Assembly: GCA_050015075.1 (NCBI GenBank)
Contig: JBEKCB010000038.1
Location: forward strand, 1 to 38,898
Source of the DNA: Candidatus Brocadiia bacterium
GTDB lineage: Bacteria > Planctomycetota > Brocadiia > CAIUPP01
Reading direction: 5' to 3'
DNA: 38,898 nucleotides
A model generated the notes under the pieces. It worked only from the letters and a program-made list of their open reading frames with translations, had not been told where the DNA came from and ran no database searches. This document shows, in pieces, positions 27,439 to 36,300 of this stretch (the stretch's first letter is position 1; each line of letters begins with the position of its first letter). The position numbers were made by a program, and so were the translations under genes.

Positions 27439-28334
27439 CCTCCCGCGAAAAACACGATCTGCGCTGCGGCCTGGCCTTCTGCGCGCCATGGTTCATCGGC
27501 CTCGGCGTGTTCATGATGTACCCGGTCGTGGCGTCGCTGTTCTACAGCTTTTGCGATTACTCCGTGCTGCAATCGCCGGTGTGGATCGGGCTGGAGAATT
27601 ACCACCGGATGGCCGGCGACGCCGTGTTCTGGCAATCGCTCAAGAACACGCTGTTTTATGCGGCGCTCTCGCTGCCGCTGGGCATGATCGTCTCGCTGCT
27701 GCTGGCGATGCTGCTCAACACCCAGGTGCGCGGGATGACGGTGTTCCGCGTGATTTTCTATCTGCCGGCGATCATTCCGATCGTCGCCGGCTCGATGCTG
27801 TGGCTGTGGATTTTCAACGGCCAGTACGGCCTGCTCAACTGGGCGCTGCGGCCGATCCTGGGCGTCCTCGGCCAGGCGCCGCCGACGTGGCTGGCCGACC
27901 CGGCCTGGGCCAAACCGGCGCTGGTGTTGATGAGCCTCTGGGGCGTGGGCAACTCGATGGTGATCTATTTAGCCGGCCTGCAGGACGTGCCGAAGGAACT
28001 TTACGAATCCGCGGAGATTGACGGCGCGAACTGGTGGGGCCGGTTGTGGTACATCACGCTGCCGATGATCTCGCCGGTGATTTACTTCAATCTGATTATG
28101 GGCATCATCGGCACGCTGCAAGTTTTCACGCAGGTCTTCGTCATGACCGGCGGCGCCGAGGGCGCCCCGGCGCGTTCGACGCTGTTCTACGCGCTGTATC
28201 TGTTTTCAACGGCGTTCTACGATCTGCGGATGGGCTACGCCAGCGCGATGGCCTGGGTCTTGTTCGTCCTCATCGTGGCGCTGACGATCCTCGCCACCAA
28301 GCTGACCGAGAAATGGGTGTATTATTCAGGGTAA
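27435..28334 (+). CDS. Sugar ABC transporter permease 1
   Basis: ATGA overlap with the SBP gene. Motifs WIGLENY and EAA loop LYESAEIDGAN..., about 6 TM segments. Confidence 0.93.
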   Translation: MTSREKHDLRCGLAFCAPWFIGLGVFMMYPVVASLFYSFCDYSVLQSPVWIGLENYHRMAGDAVFWQSLKNTLFYAALSLPLGMIVSLLLAMLLNTQVRGMTVFRVIFYLPAIIPIVAGSMLWLWIFNGQYGLLNWALRPILGVLGQAPPTWLADPAWAKPALVLMSLWGVGNSMVIYLAGLQDVPKELYESAEIDGANWWGRLWYITLPMISPVIYFNLIMGIIGTLQVFTQVFVMTGGAEGAPARSTLFYALYLFSTAFYDLRMGYASAMAWVLFVLIVALTILATKLTEKWVYYSG

Positions 28335-28343
28335 CCTCCCGTC

Positions 28344-29579
28344 ATGAAACCCCGTTCCGCCGTTAATCGCTTCCTGGTTTACGCGCTGCTGCTCGGCGGC
28401 TCGGCGGTGTTCCTGTTTCCCCTGGTCTGGATGATCTGCACCTCGCTGAAGCCGGTCGAACAGACCATGACTCTGCCGCTGACGTGGCTGCCGCGGGCGT
28501 TCTACGCCGTCGTGGACGGCCGGCGGATGGAGGTGACGCGCGATTACCGGATCGAGCAGCCGAGCGTGATCGTCGTGCCGAACGAAGGGCCGACCGCCGG
28601 CAAGCGCGCGCTCCTGCCGGCCGCCGCGTTCGACCGGCAGAAGGGGCTCGCGCACATCCAACTCTTCGAGGACGGCTTGCCGGTTGAGAAACCCATCGCG
28701 GCGACACTGATCAAGGATGTTGCGCCGGGCTGGTGGCACGTCACCGAATTCTCGGCGACTCACGTGCGCGCGCACGAGTTGAGCTGGGATGTCGTGCCCG
28801 AGTCGGCCTTGGAGGCGCGGATCCGTCCGCGGTGGGAGAATTACCCGAATGCCCTGGCCACGATGGGCGGGCGCAGCCTGGAAGAGGTCGAAGGCTCCGT
28901 GGAACGCCGCGGCACCGGCGTCAGCGAAGACACCGTGGTCTCGTTCAGGACCTTTCTGCGCAACACGCTCTTCGTCTGCGTGCTCGGCGTCATCGGCTCG
29001 GTGCTCTCCAACGCGCTCATCGCCTACGGCTTCACGCGCGTTCGCTGGCGGGGCCGCAACACGCTGTTCGCCCTGACGCTGGCCACGATGATGGTGCCGT
29101 TCCCGGTCCTCATGGTGCCGCTGTACGGCGTGTTCAAGACGCTCGGCTGGATCGGCACACTCAAGCCGCTGTGGGTGCCGGCATTTTTCGGCAGCGCGTT
29201 CAACATCTTCCTCATGCGCCAGTTCTTCCGCACCATCCCCGAGGAACTGAGCGAGGCGGCGCGGATTGACGGCTGCAGCGAATGGGGCATTTTCTGGCGG
29301 ATCATCCTGCCGCTGAGCTGGCCGGTGCTGGCGGTCGTGGCGCTGTTTCACTTCCTCTGGGCGTGGAACGACTTCATGGGCCCGCTGCTCTACCTCACGC
29401 GCAAGCACACCTTCACGCTGGCGCTGGCGTTGCAGAACTACCAGAGCCAGCACGGCGGCGTACAGTGGCACCTGCTCATGGCCGCCAGCGCCGTCGTCGT
29501 CATGCCGATCATCATCCTGTTCTTTTTCACCCAGAAGACCTTCATCAGAGGCATCGCCACGACGGGAATAAAAGGATAG
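28344..29579 (+). CDS. Sugar ABC transporter permease 2 with a large extracytoplasmic insert
   Basis: EAA loop LSEAARIDGCS, WAWNDFMGPL and QKTFIRGI. At 411 aa it carries a long soluble segment between TM1 and TM2. Confidence 0.92.
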   Translation: MKPRSAVNRFLVYALLLGGSAVFLFPLVWMICTSLKPVEQTMTLPLTWLPRAFYAVVDGRRMEVTRDYRIEQPSVIVVPNEGPTAGKRALLPAAAFDRQKGLAHIQLFEDGLPVEKPIAATLIKDVAPGWWHVTEFSATHVRAHELSWDVVPESALEARIRPRWENYPNALATMGGRSLEEVEGSVERRGTGVSEDTVVSFRTFLRNTLFVCVLGVIGSVLSNALIAYGFTRVRWRGRNTLFALTLATMMVPFPVLMVPLYGVFKTLGWIGTLKPLWVPAFFGSAFNIFLMRQFFRTIPEELSEAARIDGCSEWGIFWRIILPLSWPVLAVVALFHFLWAWNDFMGPLLYLTRKHTFTLALALQNYQSQHGGVQWHLLMAASAVVVMPIIILFFFTQKTFIRGIATTGIKG

Positions 29580-29584
29580 GAAAG

Positions 29585-30550
29585 TCAGAGCCTCACGGCC
29601 CCGGCTTCCAGCGCGCGGTCGCAGGCCAGCGTCAACCGGAGCGAGGCGACCGCGTCGGCAAAGTCGCAGATATTGCCGCTCCAGTCGCCGCTGCCGACCA
29701 TCTTCAGGAACCGCTCGCCCTCATAGCTGTAGATCGAGCGCCTGTCCTGCTGGAAGCTCCGCGTCTCCGCGCCGTCCTCCACGATGAGCGTCCCATCGGC
29801 CGGTTTGATCCGGTAGAAGCGCTTGCGCCCGCTCAGGGCGATCTCGTTGCGCCAGCTTTCCGCCAGCCAACTATGCAGATGGACGGCCACCGGACCGGCG
29901 GCGAACCGCAGGCTGAGGCCGATGATCTCCTCGATGGTATAGCCGGGCGCTTTCCTCTGCGCAGGGTTGGCGGCGAGTCCGCGGACTTCCTTGACTTCGC
30001 CGAAAAGATAGCGCATCAGGTCCAGGTTGTGGGTCGCCTGGTCCACGAGCGTGCCGCCGGAAAGTGTCTTGTCGGAGAACCAACTGCGCTTCTTCCCCAT
30101 GGGACAACCGTAGAAGGATTGCACCGCGTCAATCACGTCGTCGGCCATCGCCTCGCGCAATCTTTGAACGACGGGCATGGCGCGGAAGACGTAGCCGACC
30201 ATGACGCGGCCCCGGGCGGCTTTGATCTCGCGAGCCAGACGCGCGGCGGCCCTTTCGTCGCGCCCCGCGGGTTTCTCGCAGAAGACGGGAATGCCCCTCT
30301 TCGCGCAGGCCAGCAGCATCTCGCGCCGGACCAGCGGCGGCGTGCAGAGGTACACCGCGTCGAGCTTCGTTTCGTCCAGCATCGCCCTGAAATCGCCGAA
30401 CGGCTCGCCGCCGAATTCCCTGCGCCGGCGCTCCAGGTTCTCCGGCTTGATGTCGCAGAGCGCGGCGATCTCGACGTCCTGGCGCGATTTGAGGTAGCCC
30501 AGGTGCACGCCGGAGATGTTGCCCGTGCCGATGAGTCCGACCCGAATCAT
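29585..30550 (-). CDS. Gfo/Idh/MocA-family oxidoreductase
   Basis: Rossmann motif IRVGLIGTGNI, plus CEKP and SGGTLVDQATHNLD. Confidence 0.92.
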   Translation of the reverse strand: MIRVGLIGTGNISGVHLGYLKSRQDVEIAALCDIKPENLERRRREFGGEPFGDFRAMLDETKLDAVYLCTPPLVRREMLLACAKRGIPVFCEKPAGRDERAAARLAREIKAARGRVMVGYVFRAMPVVQRLREAMADDVIDAVQSFYGCPMGKKRSWFSDKTLSGGTLVDQATHNLDLMRYLFGEVKEVRGLAANPAQRKAPGYTIEEIIGLSLRFAAGPVAVHLHSWLAESWRNEIALSGRKRFYRIKPADGTLIVEDGAETRSFQQDRRSIYSYEGERFLKMVGSGDWSGNICDFADAVASLRLTLACDRALEAGAVRL

Positions 30551-30553
30551 GGT

Positions 30554-31393
30554 TCACTCCTTGGCCAGGAGAGTTTCCAGGTAGCCCACGGTCTCGCGGA
30601 TGTCCCTGGCCTGCTGCTCGCCGGAGATCTCCCGCTCGATGATGAACTCGCCCGCGAAGCCGATCTCGTCGAGCCGGCGGATGAACTCCGGGAAGCGCAC
30701 CTTGCCGGTTCCCACCTTGACCTCCGCGCCCAGCTTCATCGGATCGGTCGGGTACAGGGCGTCCTTGGCATGGATGTTCCTGACGTATCCTCCGAACACG
30801 TCGAGCGCGTCAATCGGGTTGCCTTTGCCGTAGAGGATCAGGTTGGCCGGGTCCAAATTGATCCCGAGGTTCTTCGCGCCCACCGCCTGGATCAAGCGGA
30901 GCAGCGTCACCGGCGTTTCCTGCCCGGTCTCGAACCAGAATTCGAGGCCCAGCCGCTGCATGTAGCCGGCGAGGTCGCGGACGGTCGCCGCGACTTCATG
31001 GAACAGCGGATTGAGCGGCTCTTCCGGGATGAACCCCAGGTGCGTGATGACCGCCGGCAGCTTCGCGCGCGCGGCGAAGTCCGCCGCCTTCATCAATTGC
31101 GCCACTCTGGCGGCGCGCCAGGCGGGAGGAACGATGCCGAGCGTGATCGGTCCCTCGACCAGGTTCCAGACGCGCGGGCCGGCCGACCAGCCTGCGCTGA
31201 GCGCGGTGATGCGCACGCCGGTGGACTGCGATTCATCGCGGAGGCGGTCGGCGTTCTCCCCGGTCAGGTAATTCTCCTCGCGGGTGTGGACCTGGCAGGT
31301 TTTCAGCCCGAACTGCTGCACCGGCGCGAGCGACGGCTGACCTGGACGCAGCGCCGCGATGACGCCGATCCGGTCCCTGGGGCTGCCGCTCAT
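30554..31393 (-). CDS. Sugar phosphate isomerase/epimerase (xylose-isomerase-like TIM barrel)
   Basis: Start MSGSPRD at 31393 with GGAGA RBS. Motifs THLGFIPE, FETGQE, INLDPANL, HAKD and IIEREI. Confidence 0.88.
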   Translation of the reverse strand: MSGSPRDRIGVIAALRPGQPSLAPVQQFGLKTCQVHTREENYLTGENADRLRDESQSTGVRITALSAGWSAGPRVWNLVEGPITLGIVPPAWRAARVAQLMKAADFAARAKLPAVITHLGFIPEEPLNPLFHEVAATVRDLAGYMQRLGLEFWFETGQETPVTLLRLIQAVGAKNLGINLDPANLILYGKGNPIDALDVFGGYVRNIHAKDALYPTDPMKLGAEVKVGTGKVRFPEFIRRLDEIGFAGEFIIEREISGEQQARDIRETVGYLETLLAKE

Positions 31394-31581
31394 GACTGCT
31401 TCTCCGGCCATCCGATTCCCTTTACTCAGTAATTCGGATTCGCGGTGTCGCCGCGCGCGCATGGGAGCGTTGCGGGAACCCCGGCATGAAGGCCTCCGGC
31501 ATCGCAGGACCACGGCAACGTTTCGCGACATTGGGGCTGTGGCCGGTAAAAGTTCTTCAGTTGCTCGCACCAACCCGGCCT

Positions 31582-32928
31582 TCACGCGACCACTTCAACT
31601 TGCGCGATAGTGAAGAACCCGTCCGCCTTTATGCCGTCCTTCAGAGCAAGCTCTATATTTTTCCCGCTCCTCGGGTCGTACAGGGCGATGCCCGCCTTAT
31701 AAGTTCCCGGCTTCAGTGTCGCCGGAACTTTCAATGAATAGGTTTCCGATATGATCTCATCGGGCATCCACTTGCGGTTGTCGGATTCGTTCAATTCCTG
31801 TTCATGAATCTCGGCGCCATGGGTCAGCCGCAGCCTCAGCTTATAACGGTAATAAGCCGGCGCAACTCCGTGATTTTCCCACACGAGTTTGACCTTCTGC
31901 TCGGATCCCCTGGCCATACTTCCGCACATCTCAACCCTCTTGGGAAAATACCAGTAGCCGGAACGATTGGCGATCTTGACGGCGATCTCGGGATTGTCCG
32001 CCAGCCACTTTCGGGCGTCGCCATGGAATCCGACAAACGATGCATGACTCTCCTCGACGGCCTTCAAGAGAGGCAAACCGCCTTTCCAGCGGTTCTCGCG
32101 GACGGCGTAAGAGTAATGTTCCAGCTCCATGTCAACGGGTTTTCGGCGCCAGACCAGGTTGAACATCTCCGGAGTCCGCAACGTGCTGAATCCGAATTTG
32201 TCCGCGTACGAATCCACGCAGACGCTGTCGTCTCTCAGGCCCAGTCCTTTGGAGACCGCGTAATCCACGATCTCGTCCCAGCCCTCTTCATTATTTCGAC
32301 AATTGACCATGTCGTCATTCATGAGAATAAAAGTGTCCGGGTAGTTCCTCACGTGAATGTCAATGTGCTTCTTGATCACCTCCACGGGCCAATCTTTCTT
32401 GCTGGAGCGAAGGGTGTGGCCTTCGCCCCATTCGCCGTAGCTGCCGATGTCCACGAACTCCAGCCACGGCTGAGAGCCGTACCGGCGCCCAAACACGCGG
32501 TGGAAGTTCTCGAGCTTGTCGAGAAAGACGGGGTCTCCATAGTCGGGCTCCCAGCATTGCCCGTTTCCGGCCGGATAGAACCCGCCTTTCGCGCCGGCCT
32601 TCATGACCCATTCGGGAGTCGCAAACCCCGGCGACGTCTCTTTGCAGCAGATGCGGAACGAAATGCCGTAACCGTGCGCGGTCCAGGGTCCGATCACCCG
32701 GTCAATCACCTCCCAGGCGAATCGGCCTTCAGCGGGTTCCAGGTGGCTCCAATCAACGCGCAGGTAGATGTGGTTCAAGCCGGGGAAGTCTTCAAGAAAA
32801 TCGTCGGACCTCAGTGACGGCCCGTAGACAGTCAGCGAGTTGTCATAATAATGATGATACCAGCCCTTGTGGGGATTTGCGCATACCTTCCGGTCATCCC
32901 ACGCCTTTTCAAGATTCGTCTTCTCCAT
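31582..32928 (-). CDS. DUF4832-like glycoside hydrolase (beta-galactosidase-like TIM barrel plus C-terminal beta-sandwich)
   Basis: AGGAGG RBS before ATG 32928. Motifs NPHKGWY, YLRVDWSHLEPAEGRFAW, TPEWV, DIGSYGEWGEGH, GLRDDS and WENHGVAPAY. Confidence 0.8.
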   Translation of the reverse strand: MEKTNLEKAWDDRKVCANPHKGWYHHYYDNSLTVYGPSLRSDDFLEDFPGLNHIYLRVDWSHLEPAEGRFAWEVIDRVIGPWTAHGYGISFRICCKETSPGFATPEWVMKAGAKGGFYPAGNGQCWEPDYGDPVFLDKLENFHRVFGRRYGSQPWLEFVDIGSYGEWGEGHTLRSSKKDWPVEVIKKHIDIHVRNYPDTFILMNDDMVNCRNNEEGWDEIVDYAVSKGLGLRDDSVCVDSYADKFGFSTLRTPEMFNLVWRRKPVDMELEHYSYAVRENRWKGGLPLLKAVEESHASFVGFHGDARKWLADNPEIAVKIANRSGYWYFPKRVEMCGSMARGSEQKVKLVWENHGVAPAYYRYKLRLRLTHGAEIHEQELNESDNRKWMPDEIISETYSLKVPATLKPGTYKAGIALYDPRSGKNIELALKDGIKADGFFTIAQVEVVA

Positions 32929-32946
32929 GGTCTCCTCCTGGCGGGA

Positions 32947-32975
32947 ATTCTCTCTCTTCAAGGGGGCTGCGTCAA
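32947..32975 (-). promoter_or_regulatory. Sigma70-like promoter (TTGACG-N17-GAGAAT)
   Basis: cgtcaa at 32970-32975 and attctc at 32947-32952, just upstream of the RBS of the DUF4832-like gene. Confidence 0.5.
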
Positions 32976-33170
32976 GCCCTGGCGGTGGCGGGCTGGTATA
33001 AAGACGCGCCAGTGAGCCTCTTTCGCCGGCAGGCCGGCAAAGGCAGGGGTAAATGCATTGGGGTTGGCGGATATCGTCGCCGTTCGGTGAGCGAAAGTCC
33101 GCGCTATGGCCGGCGCCTCGAACTTGTCTGCCACACCGCGTTGTGGTCGTCGCGGAGTGTGGCTCTGCTT

Positions 33171-33356
33171 CGCCACAGCCGTGACGACTGCGTTCATCGT
33201 GAACGCGATGGACTTCCGCCGGCGGACTGCGCCGCGCCGTGCACCTTCCATTGCGAGAAGGCGTACCCGGTTAGGCCCGCGGCCGGGCCCTCGCGGTTCA
33301 CTTCACGCTCGCCCCGTACGCGCACGCGGCCGGTCGGCGGCGTCGCTGCACGCCGC
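33171..33356 (-). pseudogene. Decayed, frameshifted relic of one further repeat unit directly after the stop of the giant repeat gene
   Basis: Aligns to the repeat consensus (VQSTPPTG ... AYGTSV ... YTFSQW.V.GAAQ ... KSI.FTM ... AVA). It has 1-bp deletions, an internal deletion and a TTCAC duplication at 33297-33306. Confidence 0.8.
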
Positions 33357-36300
33357 TCAGTGCGTTGACCGTGCGTACGTCGCCATCGCTGTCGTGGACC
33401 CAGTCACCGTGATCGTGATGGACTTCTGCCCGGCAGGCTGCGTCACGCCGTTCACTGTCCACTTCTCGAAGGTGTACCCGGTCGGGTCCGTCGCCGGAAC
33501 CGCCAGGTTCACGCTCGTCCCGTACGCGACGCTCGACACCGTGTAGCTCGTCTTCCCGCCGTCGCCGGTGCTCGAAGTGATAACGACCCCCGTCGCCGGC
33601 ATCGACTCCACCGTCAGCGTGTAGGTGTTCAACGTGTATTGCGCCACCGCCGTCGTGGCCCCAGTCAGCGTGAACGTGATGGACTTCTGCCCAGCCGTCT
33701 GAGCCACGCCGTTCAGCGTCCACTTCGAGAAGGTATACCCGGTCGGGTTCGTCGCCGGGGCCGCCAGGTTCACTTTCGTCCCGTACGCGACGCTCGACAC
33801 CGTGTAGCTCGTCTTCCCGCCGTCGCCGGTGCTCGAAGTGATGGCGATCCCGGTCGGCGGCGTGGACTGCACCGTCACCGCGTAGATGTTCGCCGTGTAC
33901 TGCGCCACCGCCGTCGTGGCCGCAGTGAGCGTGAACGTGACGGACTTCTGTCCGGCCGTCTGCGCCACGCCTTTCACGGTCCACTTCGAGAAGGTATACC
34001 CGGTCGGGTCCGTCGCCGGGGCCGCCAGGTTCACGCTCGTCCCGTACGCGACGCTCGACACCGTATAGTTCGTCTTCCCGCCGTCGCCGGTGCTCGACGT
34101 GATGCCGGCCCCGGTCGGCGGCGTGGACTGCACCGTCAGCGTGTAGGTCTTCGCCGTGTACTGCGCCACCGCCGTCGTGGCCGCAGTGAGCGTGAACGTG
34201 ATGGACTTGAGCCCGGCGGTCTGCGCCGTGCCGTTCACCGTCCACTTCGAGAAAGTATATCCGGTCGGGTCCGTCGCCGGGGCCACAAGGTTCACCTTCG
34301 TCCCGTGCGCGACGCTCGACACCGTGTAGTTCGTCGTCCCGCCGTCGCCGGTGCTCGACGTGATAGCGACCCCGGTCGGCGGCGTGGATTCCACAGTCAG
34401 CGTGTATCCGGTGCTCGCCGTGTACTGCGCCACCGCTGTCGTGGCCGCGGTCATCGTGAACGTGACGGACTTCTGCCCGGCGGTCTGCGCCGTGCCGTTC
34501 ACCGTCCACTTCGAGAAGGTGTACCCGGTCGGGTCCGTCGCCGGCGCTGCCAGGTTCACGCTCGTACCGTACCCAACGCCCGTCACAGTGTAGTTCGTCG
34601 TCCCGCCGTCGGCGGTGCTCGAAGTGACAACGACGCCGGTCGGCGGCGTGGATTGCACGGTCAGCGTGTAGGTGTTCACCGTGTAAACCGCCACCGCCGT
34701 CATGGCCGTCGCGGGCATCGTGGGCGTGATTTCCTTCTCACCCGCAGGCTGAGGCGTTCCGTTCAGGGTCCAGTAAGAGAAAGTGTATCCGGCCGGGTCC
34801 GTCGCCGGGGCTTGCAGGTCAACGCTCGTCCCGTACGCGACGGTATTGGTGTAGCTTGTCGTGCCGTTGTTGCCCGTGCTCGACCCGATGCTCAGCCCGG
34901 TCGGCGGCGTGGACTGCACCGTCAGCGCGTAGGTGTTCAGTGTGTACTGTGCCACGGCCGTCGTGGCCGCAGTCAGTGTGAACGTGATGGACTTGAGCCC
35001 GGCGGTCTGGGCCGCGCCGTTCACCGTCCACTGCGAGAAAGTGTACCCGACCGGGTCGGTCGCCGGAGCTTGCAGGTTCGCGCTCGTACCGTACCCGACG
35101 CTCGGCACCGTGTAATTCGTTGCCCCGCCGTCGGCCGTACTTGAAGTGATAACGATCCCGGTCGGCGGCGTGGACTGCACCGTCAGCGCGTAGGTGTTCA
35201 ACGTGTACTGCGCCACCGCCGTCGTGGCCGCGGTCAGCGTGGGCGTGATTTCCTTCTCACCCGCTGGCTGCGGCGTTCCGTTCAGGGTCCAGCAAGAGAA
35301 AGTGTATCCGGCCGGGTCCGTCGCCGGGGCTTGCAGGTCCACGCTCGTCCCGTACGCAACGCCGACCACCGTGTAGTTCGTCGTCCCGCCATCGCCCGCG
35401 CTCGAACCGATGCTCAACCCCGTGGGCGGCGTCGACTGCACCGTCAGCGTGTAGGTGTTCAATGTGTACTGCGCCACCGCCGTCGTGGCCGCGGTCAGCG
35501 TGAACGTGATGGACTTGAGGCCCGCGGTCTGCGCCGCGCCGTTCACCGTCCACTGCGAGAAGGTGTACCCGAGAGGGTCGGTCGCCGGCGCCGCGAGGTT
35601 CACACTCGTGCCGTACCCGACGCTCGACACCGTGTAGTTCGTCGTCCCGCCGTCGGCCGTGCTTGAAGTAATAACGATCCCCGTCGGCGGCGTCGACTGC
35701 ACCGTCAGCGTGTAGGTGTTCAACGTGTACTGCGCCACCGCCGTCGTGTCAGCAGCCATCGTGAAAGTGACGGACTTCTGCCCGGCAGTCTGTGCCGCGC
35801 CGTTCACCGTCCACTGCGAGAAGGTATACCCGGCCGGGTCCGTTGCCGGGGCTTGCAGGTTCACGCTCGTACCGTACGCTATGCCAGGCTCCGTGTAGTT
35901 CGTCGTTGCGCCGTCACCCGTGCTCGAGCCGATGCTCAACCCGGTCGGCGGCGTGGACTGGACGGTCAACGTGCAGGTGATCGCTGTGTACTGCGCCACG
36001 GCCGTAGTGCCGGCGGACATCGTGAACGTGATGGACTTCAGCCCTGAAGTCTGGGCCGTTCCGTTCAGCGTCCATTGCGAGAAGGTATACCCGGCCGGGT
36101 CCGTCGCCGGAGCTTGCAGGTTCACGCTCGTCCCGTACGTTATGCCAGGCACCGTGTAGCTCGTGGTCCCGACGTCGCCCGTGCTCGAACCGATACTCAG
36201 CCCGGTCGGCGGCGTGGATTGCACCATCAACGTGCTGACGTTCATTGTATATTGCGCTACCGCCGTCATGGCCGCGGTCAGCGTGGGCGCGATTTCCTTC

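Noticed and set aside
474-31432. Long antisense or alternative-frame ORFs (for example 474..2921 +, 286..1575 -, 4549..6429 +, 11366..12772 +, 18473..19939 -, 19946..23311 -, 26089..27489 -, 29282..31432 +)
   Set aside because: They are shadows of well-supported genes, have Arg/Ala/Gly/Pro-rich translations with no motifs, and are expected from high GC3 codon bias.
18298-33029. 16/17-nt match TGAGCCTCTTTCG(T/C)CGG at 18298-18314 and 33013-33029
   Set aside because: A match of this length is roughly at chance level for all-against-all comparison of a 39-kb GC-rich window, and the two sites have no shared position relative to genes.
33016-33044. GC-rich hairpin (gcctctttcgccggcaggccggcaaaggc) as the terminator of the repeat gene
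   Set aside because: The stem is imperfect, there is no adjacent U-tract, and it lies over 300 nt from the stop codon, so support is insufficient.
33171-33356. Relic repeat as a diversity-generating retroelement template repeat (adenine-biased differences)
   Set aside because: The polarity is wrong: the non-coding copy has lost adenines, whereas a TR retains them. It also has indels and non-A changes, and no reverse transcriptase or Avd gene is in the window.
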